A stretch of DNA of 63,586 nt, the filler included, from Octopus bimaculoides (lineage: Eukaryota): the NCBI RefSeq assembly GCF_001194135.2. It is 6 parts of 6 records of this genome, joined end to end, with 100 filler letters (N's around TTAATTAATTAA, not from the genome) between each part and the next. Parts side by side here need not be neighbours in the genome. Positions count along the whole stretch, not along the records: positions 61,650 to 63,586 come from NC_068983.1; 5 more parts are not named here. The stretch is one strand, 5' to 3'. This document shows, one piece after another, positions 61,550-63,586 of the stretch (the stretch's first letter is position 1; each line of letters begins with the position of its first letter). The notes under the pieces are model-generated. The model was given only the letters and a program-made list of their open reading frames with translations, had not been told where the DNA came from and ran no database searches. The position numbers and the translations under genes are program-made.

Positions 61550-61649
61550 NNNNNNNNNNNNNNNNNNNNNNNNNNNNNNNNNNNNNNNNNNNNTTAATTA
61601 ATTAANNNNNNNNNNNNNNNNNNNNNNNNNNNNNNNNNNNNNNNNNNNN
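61550..61649. other. Artificial scaffold linker 44N-TTAATTAATTAA-44N
   Basis: Same 100-bp structure. Confidence 0.95.
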
Positions 61650-62117
61650 TTTCGATATCAGTGAAGAATTTCACTGGAAAAGAAGATATACGATTGCCAG
61701 GTTTTTGTCTCTCTCACCAAGGTCAGCAGCTGTCGGACGCCGACGAAGGGAAATAACCCTGAAATCCGGATACGTTCGTGCTGCAGATCGAGGTGAGAGG
61801 GATAACTTCCCTTGGCAAACAGGACACAGTCGTGTGTCGATAAGCCAGCTGGAGGAGATGTCCTCCTGGGGCTAAAAGCAACAGTAACATCCACCCCTAG
61901 GGGTCAGCCACACTTAAGTGGCAATATACTACACTTTATCGTGCAGTTACTGTTAATACTTCATTTAGAGAATTAACATTGCTTATGTATATGTTTGTAT
62001 ATATAGATATATGCGTATATGGGCTAACAAGTGATCGTGTTGACATTTACAAGTACACACGCTACATGCTCATATACATGTATGCATAAATATATAATCA
62101 CGCACATGTTATGCTTT

Positions 62118-62171
<54 letters not shown>

Positions 62172-62172
<1 letters not shown>

Positions 62173-63150
62173 AAGGTTCATTCCAGAAGTTTTGAGACTT
62201 TTTCGAGGGAGGCATATTTATCTTGAATAAGTACAAAACTGCAATTTTCAAACCAGGACCCTCTGGCTTCAGTGTACACTTGCCGTAGGGCTTCAGGCAC
62301 ATCGTGAAGGCCCTACGGAAATCCTCCAAAACGAAGGTTTCCAGGACCATTTTCACAGCCTCCTTCATCTTCTCGATTCCATCAAAACAATTGCCCCTGT
62401 GGTTCTTCTTCAGCTTGGGGAACAACTGAAAGTCTTGAGGGAGCAGGATGTGGACGGTAGGGAGGGTGAAGGATGGTTTTGGTACCCATTTCTCTCAAAT
62501 AGCTGGTTGCCAAGATGGAATTGTGCCTTGTCTTGGTGCACGTGCCACAGACCCGGGTGAATGAGTTCCGGGCTTTTGGGACGAAATACTTTCCTGAACT
62601 CCCTCAATGTTGACCGTCTGGCCAGAGGGGACCTTGTGAATGCAGATGATGCCCTTACTCTCGAAAAAGGGATTTTTATGAACTTACCAGTGAATTTGCT
62701 TTGACTGACTTTCTTGGGACTGAGGAAACCAGGATGCTTCCAATGGGCGTTCTGTCTCTTGGCATTCTGTCATAGGTCACCAGAAACTCAAGTACTCTTG
62801 GATTAGAAGTATGTAACTCACCCATCTCCCTGCTGTCACCAAAGCATCTTTCCTTCCGTTCGTCACTGAGTATCTTGCGAACAAGCTTAGCACAAATTCG
62901 GTTCTTCATGAATAATTCTGTGTACAGTTGCCACACCAACCTCTGATTGTATGCTTATTGTCATTGTAGACATTCGACTGTCTTCATCCAAAAAGTTGCG
63001 AATTTTCCTAACCATCTCTGATGTTCTGACATTTCTTCTTCCTCCCACATCACTCATCGTCTCTCACCTCCTCTTCTCTACCACACTTGAACTTCTTCTA
63101 CCAGCAGAAAAGTTAATCCATAAGCAATCTGGTGCTCTTCATTAGTTTCT
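62172..63150 (-). mobile_element. Mariner transposon remnant (5'-truncated, frameshifted)
   Basis: KKFKCGRE..RDDE, KNRICAKLVRKILSDERKERC, WHVHQDKAQFH, DFQLFPKLKKNHRGNCFDGIEKMKEAV. A TA + caaggttcattccagaagtt TIR-like end lies at 62170-62191. Confidence 0.85.
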
Positions 63151-63586
63151 TTGGCATATTTTCCCAGTTTAATACAAAAATTTATTGCATAAGGAGCTTC
63201 GTACTATTATATATGCATAATTCTTTGTCTGTTATATTTATACAATGTCTTGTTTCTTTATGTTTTAGTATACATTCGGTAGATTTTTTTTCTCAATAGC
63301 TTAACAACAGCACTGACACCTCCAAGAATGAGTGGTCTCAATGGTAATGGCGCGAAACCACTGTGATATTTTAGGTCATTGACTGACGAGGAAAACTCAG
63401 CTGCGAATATTCCGTGTATCTTGTCTTTGTCTAATGTTCTTGTCCGTTAAGTTTTCGTCTAGTTTCCCGTTTGCTCTGCTTTCGTCTAACTTTTTCTCCT
63501 TGTGTTCTGTCTGTTCAACCCTTGATGCATCCATGTAGCGCAACGCACACCCTGTTTATTTACTATATATATATATATATATATAT

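Noticed and set aside
63350-63560. ctgacgaggaaaactc motif, PLE-like end into (TA)n
   Set aside because: No GAAA follows stem II in the required order. Support is insufficient.

Overview
This is animal genomic DNA from a gapped short-read assembly. It is AT-rich and dense in microsatellites. The SINE families look like those of coleoid cephalopods, most likely Octopus (inference, not verified). No host protein-coding gene can be supported. Almost all ORF-track entries are microsatellite or N-gap artefacts, or antisense frames of repeats. The window is mostly transposable-element fossils: three Penelope-like (PLE) RT/GIY-YIG remnants, HERO- and R4-type RLE non-LTR remnants, RTE and CR1/L2 LINE ends, a near full-length decayed Tc1 (DD34E), a mariner, a hAT MITE, Helitron-like pieces, and more than 40 copies or fragments of several tRNA-derived SINE families (my working labels A-F). 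Top candidates for follow-up: (1) a SINE-like element joining a tRNA-Arg-like Pol III head to a Penelope-type tail with a minimal hammerhead ribozyme (two copies, both with an inverted head); (2) further minimal hammerhead remnants, including a pair in a ~260-bp inverted repeat; (3) a pre-miRNA-like hairpin in unique DNA at 17.8 kb; (4) a CpG-depleted block from ~36 kb, visible in SINE decay; (5) an alternating A/B ~100-bp higher-order satellite; (6) orientation-polarised SINE clusters that could form dsRNA. Five identical 44N-TTAATTAATTAA-44N linkers are assembly joins, so adjacency across them is unproven.
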